NCBI GenBank assembly: GCA_037142195.1
Contig: JBAXBA010000011.1
Span: 1-61,331, forward strand
Direction of reading: 5' to 3'
Origin: Pseudomonadota bacterium
Lineage (GTDB): Bacteria > Bdellovibrionota_B > Oligoflexia > Oligoflexales > CAIMVM01
DNA: 61,331 bases
Shown: positions 45,473-55,019 of the stretch, in pieces
Layout: each line of letters opens with the position of its first letter
Position numbering within the stretch: the stretch's first letter is position 1
Notes under the pieces: model-generated
What the model was told of the DNA's origin: nothing
What the model saw: the letters and a program-made list of their open reading frames with translations, nothing else
Database searches by the model: none
Position numbers and translations under genes: made by a program

Positions 45473-48399
45473 GGCAAAGTGAAGTAAAGTGCGTCAGGGT
45501 GAGGCAAAGTTTGAAAATATTCCGAGTTCTATTTTTTCTATATCTTTTAATGCCTTGCTTGGCTGATGCCAATCCAGTCTCTTTTGATGGCCTATCAGAC
45601 ACAGCAAATGCTATACAAAAGCCTATGGATCTTGACTTGTTTCAAATTGATCAAATCCTATCCAAAGAAAAATTACCCGATAGATTTTCAATTACTAAAG
45701 AAAACAATTCCTATATCGTAAGTGAGAAAAACACCAAACCCATCGGGTCTATTTCCATAGAATCCCCAAGTGATGACATCACAAACGCTATTGATTCTGC
45801 GTTAAATCAATTGATTGGTAAAACCAATAGCTACTCCACTAGACAATTGATTTATGAAAAAATCTCAGAAAAAACTACTGAAAAAGGTTTCCCATTAGCA
45901 AAATGGACTCTCAATTTAGAGTCAAAAGAGTTTTCAGACAGCCTAAGCATAGTCATTAAGCTAGGTCCGGACTGTATTATCAAAAAAACCTCTTGGCCTG
46001 AAGACGCCTCCCAACTAATTAAGGAAGACGAATTTTTAGGTGAGATTTGCGACACTAGGTTGATCCAAGCGAGATTAGAAGCTATAGAAAATCGAATTCG
46101 AGAGTTAGGATATGACGAAGTGAGGCTTCGCTTTGAGAAAATTGAGTACCTGACAGATAAACGCGACGGCCACGCCATCTTTAAAGGAGAGGTTGGTAAG
46201 AAATCAAAATACCGGATTATTGACGAAAGCTCAGGCACCAAATTTTCAGACCTTTTTGCTGAATCCAATAATCGAATCGCGCCGAGATTTATTGCTCCCG
46301 ACGCGGTTAGCAACGAACTTATTCGAATCTACAGGGGTTTAGGGTATAATGAAATCACTATCTCTGGCCCGGTAGAATCCAGGGAAGAAGATACCGTGAT
46401 TTGGACTTGGCGACTCAATGCGGGGCCAAAAACGACAATAGGAAAAATTCATTTCGACGGCCTTACCGCCATGACCAAAGAAAAAGCCGAGGAATTCTTT
46501 GCTAGCGGTCCTGTTGGCAAACTAGGTTCTTATTCGATGGAAGAGTTTAACCGAGGATTAGAAAACTTAAGCGCCAACTATAGGAAGCTGGGATATCTTG
46601 ACGTAAAGATTAGAGAGCCAAGGATTTCGAAATCCTCAGCCGCCAGCTCGGCAGAAGCCATTCTCTACGTAGATGAAGGCTTGCCATGGATCATTTCAAA
46701 AATCAACGTTGTGGGCAATAAGCAGATAGCCACCCAACAAATTGAAGAAATTATCAACTTACATTTGGGCGAACCCTATGACAAGACGGTCTTGAGCGAT
46801 ATACAATCCCGCTTAAAAAACCGCTATTTTTCCATGGGTTTTGCTCACGCTGAAGTCAGAGTAGCGATAGATGAAACGAGGCAAAGAAAAAATATTGCAA
46901 CGACATTAAACTTTATTATCGAAGAGGGACCACTTGTAAAAATAGGACGCATTGCCATCATCGGACTTGGAATATCAAAAATAAAAGTTGTCGAGCGCGA
47001 GCTGGAATTTGCGACAGGCGATCATTGGAATCCAGATGAAGTGGAAATTTCAAGAAAGAAGATCGTGGCGCTTGGGATTTTCAAAACCGTTAACATTGTT
47101 GCTTCGGACCCAAATGCCTACACAGAAAAACGAGAAATCTTAGACATAAGCATCCTTCTTAAAGAGGCGAAGCCGGGTGTAGTGTCCTTCGGACCAGGCT
47201 ACGACATTCGAAAGGGTTTCAGGTACGCTGCGGAAGGTTCTTATAACAACCTATTTGGTCTTGCCAGGCAACTTTCTATTCGTGGCGGTTTTTCTGAGGA
47301 AAAACAGCAGGAAGCTGTCGGAAACTCCACACTCATTGGACGGAAGATAGGCGTAGGTTACGTGGAACCTTGGATATTCGACCTACCTATCGCAGCTAGA
47401 GTTTCTGCATCCCATCGAGCCACAGCCTCGAGTTTTTGGCAGTTTAATAATCGCCTTGAAACGGAACTGTCTTGGAAGCTCTCCAAATTTTTAGACACAA
47501 ATTTTGCGGTTTTTATTCGAAATGAGATGAACAAGGATGTTGGTTCAGAACCTAAGAAAAAGCTCTATTTGGCAGAAGGTAATACTCGAAAGGGTGTAGC
47601 TGGCTATAGGATCACATACGATGGTCGAGACAGCCTTTCCTTTCCTACAAAAGGAGTCTATTTGGGGTTTGAAAATGAAGTCGCGGATTATAAGGTAGGT
47701 GGTGAGTATAAATATCACAAAAATGACCTTAATTGCTCCTTTTACTTAGGAATTTTGCCAGAACTGGTTTACGCCATCGGCTTTAACTGGTCAGGCTATT
47801 GGTCGGTAGATCGAAAAAATGCCAGCTCAGGTTATGACATTCTCCCTGCATCAGATCGGCTTCTAGCTGGAGGTGGGGACTATGTAAAAGGCTTTGATAA
47901 ACAATTAGGTCCTTACCTGAGCTTTAATACGGTCAATGCCAGCACTGGACAGGCGGAAATCGACAAAGAAGTGATCGGGGGAACCACTCGATTTGTATTC
48001 AAACAAGAATTTCGAGTTAAGACAAGTGAAGAAGGGGCCATCGCTTTACAAGTAGACGCAGGAAACACTTGGTCTAGCGCCGAGGAGCAAAAGAAATTCG
48101 CAGCACGTTTTGCCAAAAGCGAGGACAGTAAAGATACAAAGCTTTACGCGAATTACCCCATTGAAATTGCGGACGTTATCAATAACCCTACATCCATTTC
48201 AAGATCTAGCTATTGGTCTACCGGATTTTCCTATAGCTACCTCACCCCAGTAGGAGCTCTACGATTTGGTTGGGCCCTTCCCATATATGAACCAGGAAGG
48301 TGTCGCGAGTCTAGTGATACTTGCTACCTTCGAGCCAATCAAAACCCTAGATGGTATCGAAAAGGTCAGTTCGATCTCTCCGTAGGAAGCAGGTTTTAG
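45469..48399 (+). CDS. BamA/TamA (Omp85) family outer-membrane protein
   Basis: Several POTRA repeats (YRKLGY, VDEG, IEEGP, ALGIF); barrel motifs GG.DYVKGF and YLTPVGALR; terminal Phe. Confidence 0.9.
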   Translation: MRQSEVKCVRVRQSLKIFRVLFFLYLLMPCLADANPVSFDGLSDTANAIQKPMDLDLFQIDQILSKEKLPDRFSITKENNSYIVSEKNTKPIGSISIESPSDDITNAIDSALNQLIGKTNSYSTRQLIYEKISEKTTEKGFPLAKWTLNLESKEFSDSLSIVIKLGPDCIIKKTSWPEDASQLIKEDEFLGEICDTRLIQARLEAIENRIRELGYDEVRLRFEKIEYLTDKRDGHAIFKGEVGKKSKYRIIDESSGTKFSDLFAESNNRIAPRFIAPDAVSNELIRIYRGLGYNEITISGPVESREEDTVIWTWRLNAGPKTTIGKIHFDGLTAMTKEKAEEFFASGPVGKLGSYSMEEFNRGLENLSANYRKLGYLDVKIREPRISKSSAASSAEAILYVDEGLPWIISKINVVGNKQIATQQIEEIINLHLGEPYDKTVLSDIQSRLKNRYFSMGFAHAEVRVAIDETRQRKNIATTLNFIIEEGPLVKIGRIAIIGLGISKIKVVERELEFATGDHWNPDEVEISRKKIVALGIFKTVNIVASDPNAYTEKREILDISILLKEAKPGVVSFGPGYDIRKGFRYAAEGSYNNLFGLARQLSIRGGFSEEKQQEAVGNSTLIGRKIGVGYVEPWIFDLPIAARVSASHRATASSFWQFNNRLETELSWKLSKFLDTNFAVFIRNEMNKDVGSEPKKKLYLAEGNTRKGVAGYRITYDGRDSLSFPTKGVYLGFENEVADYKVGGEYKYHKNDLNCSFYLGILPELVYAIGFNWSGYWSVDRKNASSGYDILPASDRLLAGGGDYVKGFDKQLGPYLSFNTVNASTGQAEIDKEVIGGTTRFVFKQEFRVKTSEEGAIALQVDAGNTWSSAEEQKKFAARFAKSEDSKDTKLYANYPIEIADVINNPTSISRSSYWSTGFSYSYLTPVGALRFGWALPIYEPGRCRESSDTCYLRANQNPRWYRKGQFDLSVGSRF

Positions 48400-49310
48400 T
48401 TCCACTTATTGTGAATGAATACCGAAGCGTTAAGATAGTCATCTCTTGTTTCGGTACCTATCCATAGTCTCGAACTAGAATCTATAAAAAGAGAAGAAAC
48501 GGGCTTATATTTTTCATCTAGGGCTATGTTTTTATAGCTTTGGCTGCCATCACACTTTCCCTCTTTAAATACATAAAGAGAATGTGTTGAGGAATTTCCT
48601 AAGACAATTTCAGAAGTTTTGGCGTCATAAGCAAGTCCGCGGAGGCTCTTATTATGACTTATAGACTTAGGAATTTTACACTCCCGATGGACTTCACAAT
48701 AGGTCGGACTTTCGACTTTGCAAGAAAGCTTTACCAAAGGAACTCGTTCGGAGGCTGTCAACGCAAAAAATTCCAAGTCACGAGAATTTTTTTGGATAAA
48801 AGCAAGAGACTTAATCTTCAATTCTGAATTTCGCAGCTCCTTCAAGAACGAATCCTTAAGAGCTCTCTGTTCTACTTTAGGAGCCTCGCCAATCGCATCC
48901 TTAAAAGGAAGGAGCCTATCCCAAATAAGCCCGCTTTGAGCTAAGACTTTACCCTCTGGATTCAAGCGATAAACCATAAGATCCCTGCCATCAATAAGTA
49001 TTAAGCCTTTCTCTGTTTCAAAAGCTCCCACAAAATTGGATTTGGGCGAGGCATCCGCCACGGTAATACGGCGAAAATCGGTCATTTTTCCAAACTTTTC
49101 GAGCCTATTCGTCCCGTTTAAGTTGAGAGGACTCTTAACGAACTCGTTGGTTTTAGCTGAAAAAAGCAAAAGCTCAGACTTAGTTGGAAAGATTCCGGTG
49201 ATGGATTCCCGGACAACTTCAAGAGACTGACTCGCTGTAACCATAGGCAACAGATCGCCCCCTCGCGCCAAGGTACCAAAAGCCAGAAGTATAAGTAAAT
49301 GCAGCTTCAA
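48396..49310 (-). CDS. Secreted hypothetical protein, probably a beta-propeller
   Basis: Signal peptide; LRGLAYD and SSLFIDSSSRLWIGT blade-like motifs. Confidence 0.6.
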   Translation of the reverse strand: MKLHLLILLAFGTLARGGDLLPMVTASQSLEVVRESITGIFPTKSELLLFSAKTNEFVKSPLNLNGTNRLEKFGKMTDFRRITVADASPKSNFVGAFETEKGLILIDGRDLMVYRLNPEGKVLAQSGLIWDRLLPFKDAIGEAPKVEQRALKDSFLKELRNSELKIKSLAFIQKNSRDLEFFALTASERVPLVKLSCKVESPTYCEVHRECKIPKSISHNKSLRGLAYDAKTSEIVLGNSSTHSLYVFKEGKCDGSQSYKNIALDEKYKPVSSLFIDSSSRLWIGTETRDDYLNASVFIHNKWN

Positions 49311-49422
49311 AGATTCACTCCTCTAAGAAAAAAATGCTTACTTTAATTCATTCTAACACGGTTACACTTAAACCATAAGAGTCCTATGACAAAGGCTCTG
49401 AATTCTAGTGAGAGGTATATTC

Positions 49423-51897
49423 GTGAACTTTGAAACCTATTTAACTACAAGCGATGACAAGTCAAGACTCGCCATGCTTCAAAGCAATCCGAATGTCAAA
49501 ATACCTTATAGAACCGTTGAGCAACTGCTTTATTTACCGCTGCCAAGCGCAGAAAAAATAGCCCTTTTGAATTGTGCAGGGTATGAAAACACCTTGGAAT
49601 GGGAAAAAGTCTTAATTCGCGGCATCGAAAAGTGGGATACGGGTGTGAAAAGCCATGCCATTCGCACTTGGGCCATGACTACAGGCCATATTCTACTACC
49701 GAGTTTTGAGCGGCTTCTATTGCAGCCCCATATAGGCCAACGTGCACTCTACAGTTTGGTTGACGTGGGGGCGTCGACCCTTGGTTCTCCGTTTGTAGCA
49801 AAAGTTTTTTCTTTTCCTGGAATTGAAGACTACTCGCCGACATTCCATGGCATCCTCATGCTTCGTGCTCTAGAAACAAACCAAGCCCATCCTAGTCTAG
49901 ACGCCCTAGCAAAACGCTACCTCTTGAGCTTAAGCTCAAGACAACCTCCTGGCTTCAAGAGCGCATCGTCAGCAGGCAAAGGTGAGCTTGAGAGTATATT
50001 TTGGCTGTTAAGATATGACCCATCATTTCTACATGAAATACGTTTCCAAGAAGATGTCTGGAACAGCCTCATTAAAAATTTACTTCTGCCAATTTCGAAC
50101 AAAGGATGGCTCAGCCGCTTGGAAACGGAGTTGAAAGGTGGAGATTTAGAGCGAATTTGCGACTCATGGCCCCTGCTACCCTACAGAAACAATCTTAATG
50201 GTGGCCACTTATCTTCCCTATTTCAGACTATTGGCAAATCGCACCTGTCGGCCCCTCTAAAGCTAGAAACCGTTTCCGAGCTTGTCAAAGGAGTGGCCAT
50301 AGAGATACTCCAATCCAGTCTCTTGGCTTCGCCGGATCTTTTAAAAGCATTCGATCACTATGCCCCCGCCCTAGAAGGCCCCCTCTGTCTTCTTTACGAT
50401 GAAAAATTCCGAAAAAAGTTAGCTCTTAAATTGGGAGCAGAGGCAAATATAAATGGAAGACTGGGGCTTCTTTTAAATCCGACCAAAATGTCTAATCAAA
50501 ACTGGCAACTTCTAGAAAAACTCTCTCAGGGTGATAGGTCTGCATTGAATGGAATTCAAATACCTGACGAACACCCGATCAATGCTCCAGTTACCAGCCC
50601 AATGGACCCAATTAAAGTCGCGCATGATCCACTAAAAGATGGATATTTCAATTTGGTCTATGGCTTAGGGCGTGACGATCAAGTTCCTGTTTTAGATAGC
50701 TCTTCTACCAATTATTGGCAACTCCTCGTGATGAGTCACGCGACAAAGAATGGCAATTTAATTGAACCTTTGTCACATGCAAGTCGCAAGCAACCATACC
50801 TCTATCGTTTGGCAGCAATTCGCGCCCTTGGAAGATTTGAAGGCAATGACCAAGCCGCCCTCAAACTCATGGACCATATCAGAACGCAAAACGTCATGGA
50901 ACTTCAGGAAGTAGTCTTATCTTTAGGTTCACTCGGCACATCGAGAAGTCTTCAGGAACTTGTGGGATGCCTGTCGCGGCCCAATATTTCTTCCGGGGTT
51001 CAGCTTGAAATCTGTCGAATCCTAAAAGAAAAGGATACTACAAAGATTCAATTAGAAATAAAGAGCGCTCTTAGTGATTTAAGTCGCGACCCTACTTCTG
51101 ATGATGTCCATGTAGAGGTCCGAGAGGCCTTAGCATCGATGATTCAGCTTAGGCCATCTGGACAAACTGAAGTAGCCTTGGAGCAAAACCATCCGCTGGA
51201 TCTCGATGGGACACTTAGCCAGCGAATCCCTACATATTCAGCGTTATCATCTGAAATCAAGAGAGCTCTTCGAACTGCACAGTTCTTTCATAACCAAGTC
51301 CAAAAAGAAATTCAAGCAGAGCTCATTGAACTTTCACCCATCATTGATATGCAATGCAAGGCCCTTGAGCTCCTCTTTAGAGAGTCTTTCGAGGACAAAG
51401 TCACACAGTTGATCCAAGAAGGAAAGATTCAGCGAAGATTAGATGTGCTAGGCTATTCCAGACCCATTCCCGCTTCCATGGATGAATTCGAAAACTACAT
51501 TGCTTCGCTACCCATCGTTAAAGACATTCCTTTCTTTAGCCGATTTAAATTAAGAAAGCTCCTTCGTTCCTTTTGCCAGTACCAACCAGGAAGGCGCTTT
51601 ACCTTAGATGGAATTAAAGCGTTCGCCCTATTCTTTCTTGTCTTTTCAAGAAAGGAATGTCCTTTCGGATTAAGCCAATACCTACCTTTAAAATTTGATA
51701 ACGACCGTCAACTTGCCGACTTTGTGCGTCAGTTGCATCTTTTTCAGGACTTTAGAAATCGCGCTGCCCATGAAGGCTTTCGGCCTGATGACCGACAAGA
51801 TATTGAAAGTATTTGGAATTACCTGACGATCATCATCGCTACCACCCATGAATTGGCTCCCCCTACTTCACGACATAAATTAAAGGCTGCTAGCTAA
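49423..51897 (+). CDS. Helical/HEAT-like repeat protein with a C-terminal HEPN-like domain
   Basis: GAGG before GTG 49423. RLAAIRALG and VREALA are HEAT-like motifs. SPII...CKALE and FRNRAAH in the C-terminal region. Confidence 0.7.
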   Translation: MNFETYLTTSDDKSRLAMLQSNPNVKIPYRTVEQLLYLPLPSAEKIALLNCAGYENTLEWEKVLIRGIEKWDTGVKSHAIRTWAMTTGHILLPSFERLLLQPHIGQRALYSLVDVGASTLGSPFVAKVFSFPGIEDYSPTFHGILMLRALETNQAHPSLDALAKRYLLSLSSRQPPGFKSASSAGKGELESIFWLLRYDPSFLHEIRFQEDVWNSLIKNLLLPISNKGWLSRLETELKGGDLERICDSWPLLPYRNNLNGGHLSSLFQTIGKSHLSAPLKLETVSELVKGVAIEILQSSLLASPDLLKAFDHYAPALEGPLCLLYDEKFRKKLALKLGAEANINGRLGLLLNPTKMSNQNWQLLEKLSQGDRSALNGIQIPDEHPINAPVTSPMDPIKVAHDPLKDGYFNLVYGLGRDDQVPVLDSSSTNYWQLLVMSHATKNGNLIEPLSHASRKQPYLYRLAAIRALGRFEGNDQAALKLMDHIRTQNVMELQEVVLSLGSLGTSRSLQELVGCLSRPNISSGVQLEICRILKEKDTTKIQLEIKSALSDLSRDPTSDDVHVEVREALASMIQLRPSGQTEVALEQNHPLDLDGTLSQRIPTYSALSSEIKRALRTAQFFHNQVQKEIQAELIELSPIIDMQCKALELLFRESFEDKVTQLIQEGKIQRRLDVLGYSRPIPASMDEFENYIASLPIVKDIPFFSRFKLRKLLRSFCQYQPGRRFTLDGIKAFALFFLVFSRKECPFGLSQYLPLKFDNDRQLADFVRQLHLFQDFRNRAAHEGFRPDDRQDIESIWNYLTIIIATTHELAPPTSRHKLKAAS

Positions 51898-52043
51898 ATA
51901 CAAGGAATCTCTCCTTGACTAAAATTTCCACAGCGCGAAGTGTTGACAGCGAACACTGCTAAAGGCATGCCAAAACCTTTTTGGGGTTGCATTTCTAGTT
52001 GAGCTGCTTATCCTGACAAGCTTAAGTGGTCTAGGGAGGCAAG

Positions 52044-52772
52044 GTGGATTCTAAAGTAGCATTAGTAACTGGGGCTGCGAAGGGAATTGGTGCAGCGTGT
52101 GCCAGACGTCTCGCAAAAGATGGATTTCGCGTGGCAATTCATTATCGAAGCTCGCCTGAGTTAGCTTTGGCATTGCAAGCAGAGCTTCCACACTCAGAAG
52201 TATTTTGTTTTGATCTCTCCCAAGAGGGAGCTTGTGAGGCCTTGATTAAGGAAATCAAACTTAAGATGGGCAGATTAGATGTCGTAGTTAATAATGCTGG
52301 CATAGCACTGGATCAAATCATCACCTTTGCGAAACCTGAAGATTTTGAAAAGACGATCCAAACTAATGTTAAGCCGGCATTTTTGCTTTCTAAATTCGCC
52401 TCAAAATTAATGCTTCGCAACAAGTGGGGACGAATTGTAAATGTTACTTCTGTAGTTGGCCACATGGGAAATTCTGGGCAGGTTATCTACTCAGGTGCCA
52501 AAGGCGCCATAACGGGAATGACCAAAAGCATGGCGATGGACTTGGCGGGCTTTGGAATTACCTGTAACTGTGTCGCACCTGGCTTTATTTCAACCGATAT
52601 GACTGATGGACTTCCTGATGAAGTCAAGCAAAAGATGTTAACTCAAATCCCATTAGGCCGATTTGGTCAGCCTGATGATGTCGCTTCTGCCGTTAGTTTT
52701 CTCGCATCCGAAGGATCTAGCTATGTAACTGGATCCACTATTCACGTTAACGGCGGTATGTACCGAAGCTAG
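52044..52772 (+). CDS. fabG: 3-oxoacyl-ACP reductase
   Basis: TGAAKGIG, NNAG, YSGAK, VAPGFISTDMT, VNGG. Confidence 0.93.
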   Translation: MDSKVALVTGAAKGIGAACARRLAKDGFRVAIHYRSSPELALALQAELPHSEVFCFDLSQEGACEALIKEIKLKMGRLDVVVNNAGIALDQIITFAKPEDFEKTIQTNVKPAFLLSKFASKLMLRNKWGRIVNVTSVVGHMGNSGQVIYSGAKGAITGMTKSMAMDLAGFGITCNCVAPGFISTDMTDGLPDEVKQKMLTQIPLGRFGQPDDVASAVSFLASEGSSYVTGSTIHVNGGMYRS

Positions 52773-52781
52773 GATAAAAAA

Positions 52782-53780
52782 ATGCAGCCAATTCGAGTCT
52801 TTCTTGCTGGCATGGGAACCATGACCCCAGAATTTCAAGTTGATAATCATTTTTTAGAATCTCTTGACATTGGCACTACAGCCAGCTGGATTGAGGAGCG
52901 AACCGGAGTTAAATCTCGGCAATCAGCTCTTAGTTTAGATATGATTAGGGCCTTAAGATCGGGCGAACGAAATCCCGTAGAACTCATTAAAAGTGGTGAA
53001 GTCCCGACTTTAGCCAGCTTGGCAAAAGTGGCCTTTGAAAATTCGCCCATGCATCAACGAAAGAGCTGGGATTTGATTCTATGTGGAACCTCTAATTCTG
53101 ATTTTGAAATTCCCGCTGCTGCTTGTGCTATCGCTGGCGAGTTAGAGTTAGAAGGCCCGTGCTTTGATGTTAATTCAGCCTGCAGCTCTTTTCCTGTTGA
53201 TCTCCACGTAGCGCGCGCTTTTATTAAGTCAGAAATGCATCGCGACATTCTCATTTTTAATGTGGATCGCTACACGAGCCGCCTAGACTATTCGGACCGC
53301 TCCAATTGTATTCTCTTTGGAGATGGTGCTGCCGTTACTTGGCTTTCAGCCTCAAAGCCTGAGCAAGGTTTTGAAATCATTGATACAGCTGTGGAATCAG
53401 ATTCCTCAGGATACAAACTTGTGTCCGTCCCCATGTATGGCACGTTTCAACAAAATGGCTCTGCAGTACAAAAGTTCGCCATAACTAGAACCGTTGAAGC
53501 AACGCGAAAAATACTTTCAAAGAATGGTGTTTCGGTTGAGAACACATGGTTTGTGGGACACCAGGCCAACCACCGCATGCTCACAAGTGCCACCGAAAAA
53601 ATCGGCATCCCAGAATCAAGACATCTTCATAATGTGCAGAGCCGAGGAAATCAGGGCGGCGCGGGGGCACCCTCTTCCCTTGCTGAAGCATGGCATCAAA
53701 TACCTTCGGGCGACTATTTAGTGGTAACAGCCGTAGGCTCGGGACTCACTTGGGCCTCGTGTCTTTTAAAAAAGCTTTAA
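52782..53780 (+). CDS. fabH: Beta-ketoacyl-ACP synthase III family
   Basis: WIEERTG, SACS (Cys), LFGDGA, HQAN (His), GN (Asn), GSGLTW. Confidence 0.88.
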   Translation: MQPIRVFLAGMGTMTPEFQVDNHFLESLDIGTTASWIEERTGVKSRQSALSLDMIRALRSGERNPVELIKSGEVPTLASLAKVAFENSPMHQRKSWDLILCGTSNSDFEIPAAACAIAGELELEGPCFDVNSACSSFPVDLHVARAFIKSEMHRDILIFNVDRYTSRLDYSDRSNCILFGDGAAVTWLSASKPEQGFEIIDTAVESDSSGYKLVSVPMYGTFQQNGSAVQKFAITRTVEATRKILSKNGVSVENTWFVGHQANHRMLTSATEKIGIPESRHLHNVQSRGNQGGAGAPSSLAEAWHQIPSGDYLVVTAVGSGLTWASCLLKKL

Positions 53781-53857
53781 AAAAGAGACTTCTTTTTGTA
53801 ACATGCTGTAATTAATAGAAATTGACGCGAAAAGGTCGATTCTGACCTAAACAAAAC

Positions 53858-53885
53858 TAAGACTTTCCTTCAATTACACCGAGTA
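53858..53885 (+). promoter_or_regulatory. Possible sigma28-type promoter
   Basis: TAAG-N16-ACCGAGTA, 23 bp upstream of 53909; overlaps the inverted repeat CCGAGT-N8-ACTCGG. Confidence 0.35.
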
Positions 53886-53908
53886 AGAAGTAACTCGGGG
53901 TAGATTAT

Positions 53909-54964
53909 ATGCAGCCACATCCAAATTCTAGTTTGAACTCTGCTGAAGAAACCATGGTTTTTTCTGCTGGACAAACTATCTTTTTAAAAGGGGATCCTGG
54001 CGGCGATATTTATATTATCCAGCAAGGAGAAATTGAAGTCTATTCCCTAGAAAATGGCGTCGAGATTCCACTTTCTAGTATGAATGTTGGCGAAGTACTC
54101 GGTGTGATGACCTGCCTAACCAACGAACCGCGTATGGCTTCTGCAAAAGCTAAAAGTGAAGTTGTACTAAAAAGAATTCGGCATATTCACATTAAGCGCC
54201 TAGTGGGAAACCTTCCTACTTGGATGAAAATAGTATTGAAGGATTTTACCGTTAGACTCAACCAAATGAACAAGCTCTATACAGAATCAGTAGGACAGCT
54301 CCTGCAACTGAAAAAAAACCAAATTTCCTATGTCTTTCTATGCAGTCGAATTTGCTCCCTTCTCACAACATCACAAAAATTTTTAAGCGTGCCACTTGGG
54401 GACAGCAAGGTGATTTATTATGATACCGCGCTAACTTTCATCACTGACGCACTTTTCCTGCCAGAGCAACTTACGACCATTCTTTTGGAAGCGATGATCG
54501 ACACCAATATGATTCAATTGTCTGTGAATCGTGACAACAATAAGAAATATATTACTAGCGAAAATGCTGAAAAGTTGGTTTTGTTTTGTCACTTTCTAAA
54601 TGAAGCAAAGCGTGGACCCTACAAAAAAATACTTGAGACAAATTTTTCCACGAAAGACTTAAAGATTTTATCAGGCCTCATCCAAATGGCAAACAGAATG
54701 GGAATGGAAATCTCGAAATCTTGTCAAATACAAATCAAAGATCTCTCACTTTCTCTGGAAAAAATGACCGGTGCGAAATTTGACCTAGAAAGCATTCAAA
54801 AAGCTGAAAAACTTGGCATGTTGCAGGTTACTTCGGATGAAAAAATTCAGTTCCTCCCTACTGACTTGTCTCGAATCCTTGTAAACATCAACGTTTACAG
54901 ACGCTTAGATAAGCTCGAAGAATCCCACCGCCAGAAAAAACTAAAAAAAGAAAGTGCTGCTTGA
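53909..54964 (+). CDS. Cyclic-nucleotide-binding domain protein (Crp/Fnr-like)
   Basis: IFLKGDPG..IYII..GEI, GEVLG, PRMASA. Confidence 0.85.
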   Translation: MQPHPNSSLNSAEETMVFSAGQTIFLKGDPGGDIYIIQQGEIEVYSLENGVEIPLSSMNVGEVLGVMTCLTNEPRMASAKAKSEVVLKRIRHIHIKRLVGNLPTWMKIVLKDFTVRLNQMNKLYTESVGQLLQLKKNQISYVFLCSRICSLLTTSQKFLSVPLGDSKVIYYDTALTFITDALFLPEQLTTILLEAMIDTNMIQLSVNRDNNKKYITSENAEKLVLFCHFLNEAKRGPYKKILETNFSTKDLKILSGLIQMANRMGMEISKSCQIQIKDLSLSLEKMTGAKFDLESIQKAEKLGMLQVTSDEKIQFLPTDLSRILVNINVYRRLDKLEESHRQKKLKKESAA

Positions 54965-55019
54965 TAAAATAAATAACCAAAGTATGTTTTGAGTGAAACT
55001 CTCGTAGGAAGCAGGATCA

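Noticed and set aside
51957..51973. Sigma54-like TGGCATG-N4-TAGCA on the minus strand
   Set aside because: Imperfect -12 box and it points antisense into the upstream gene.
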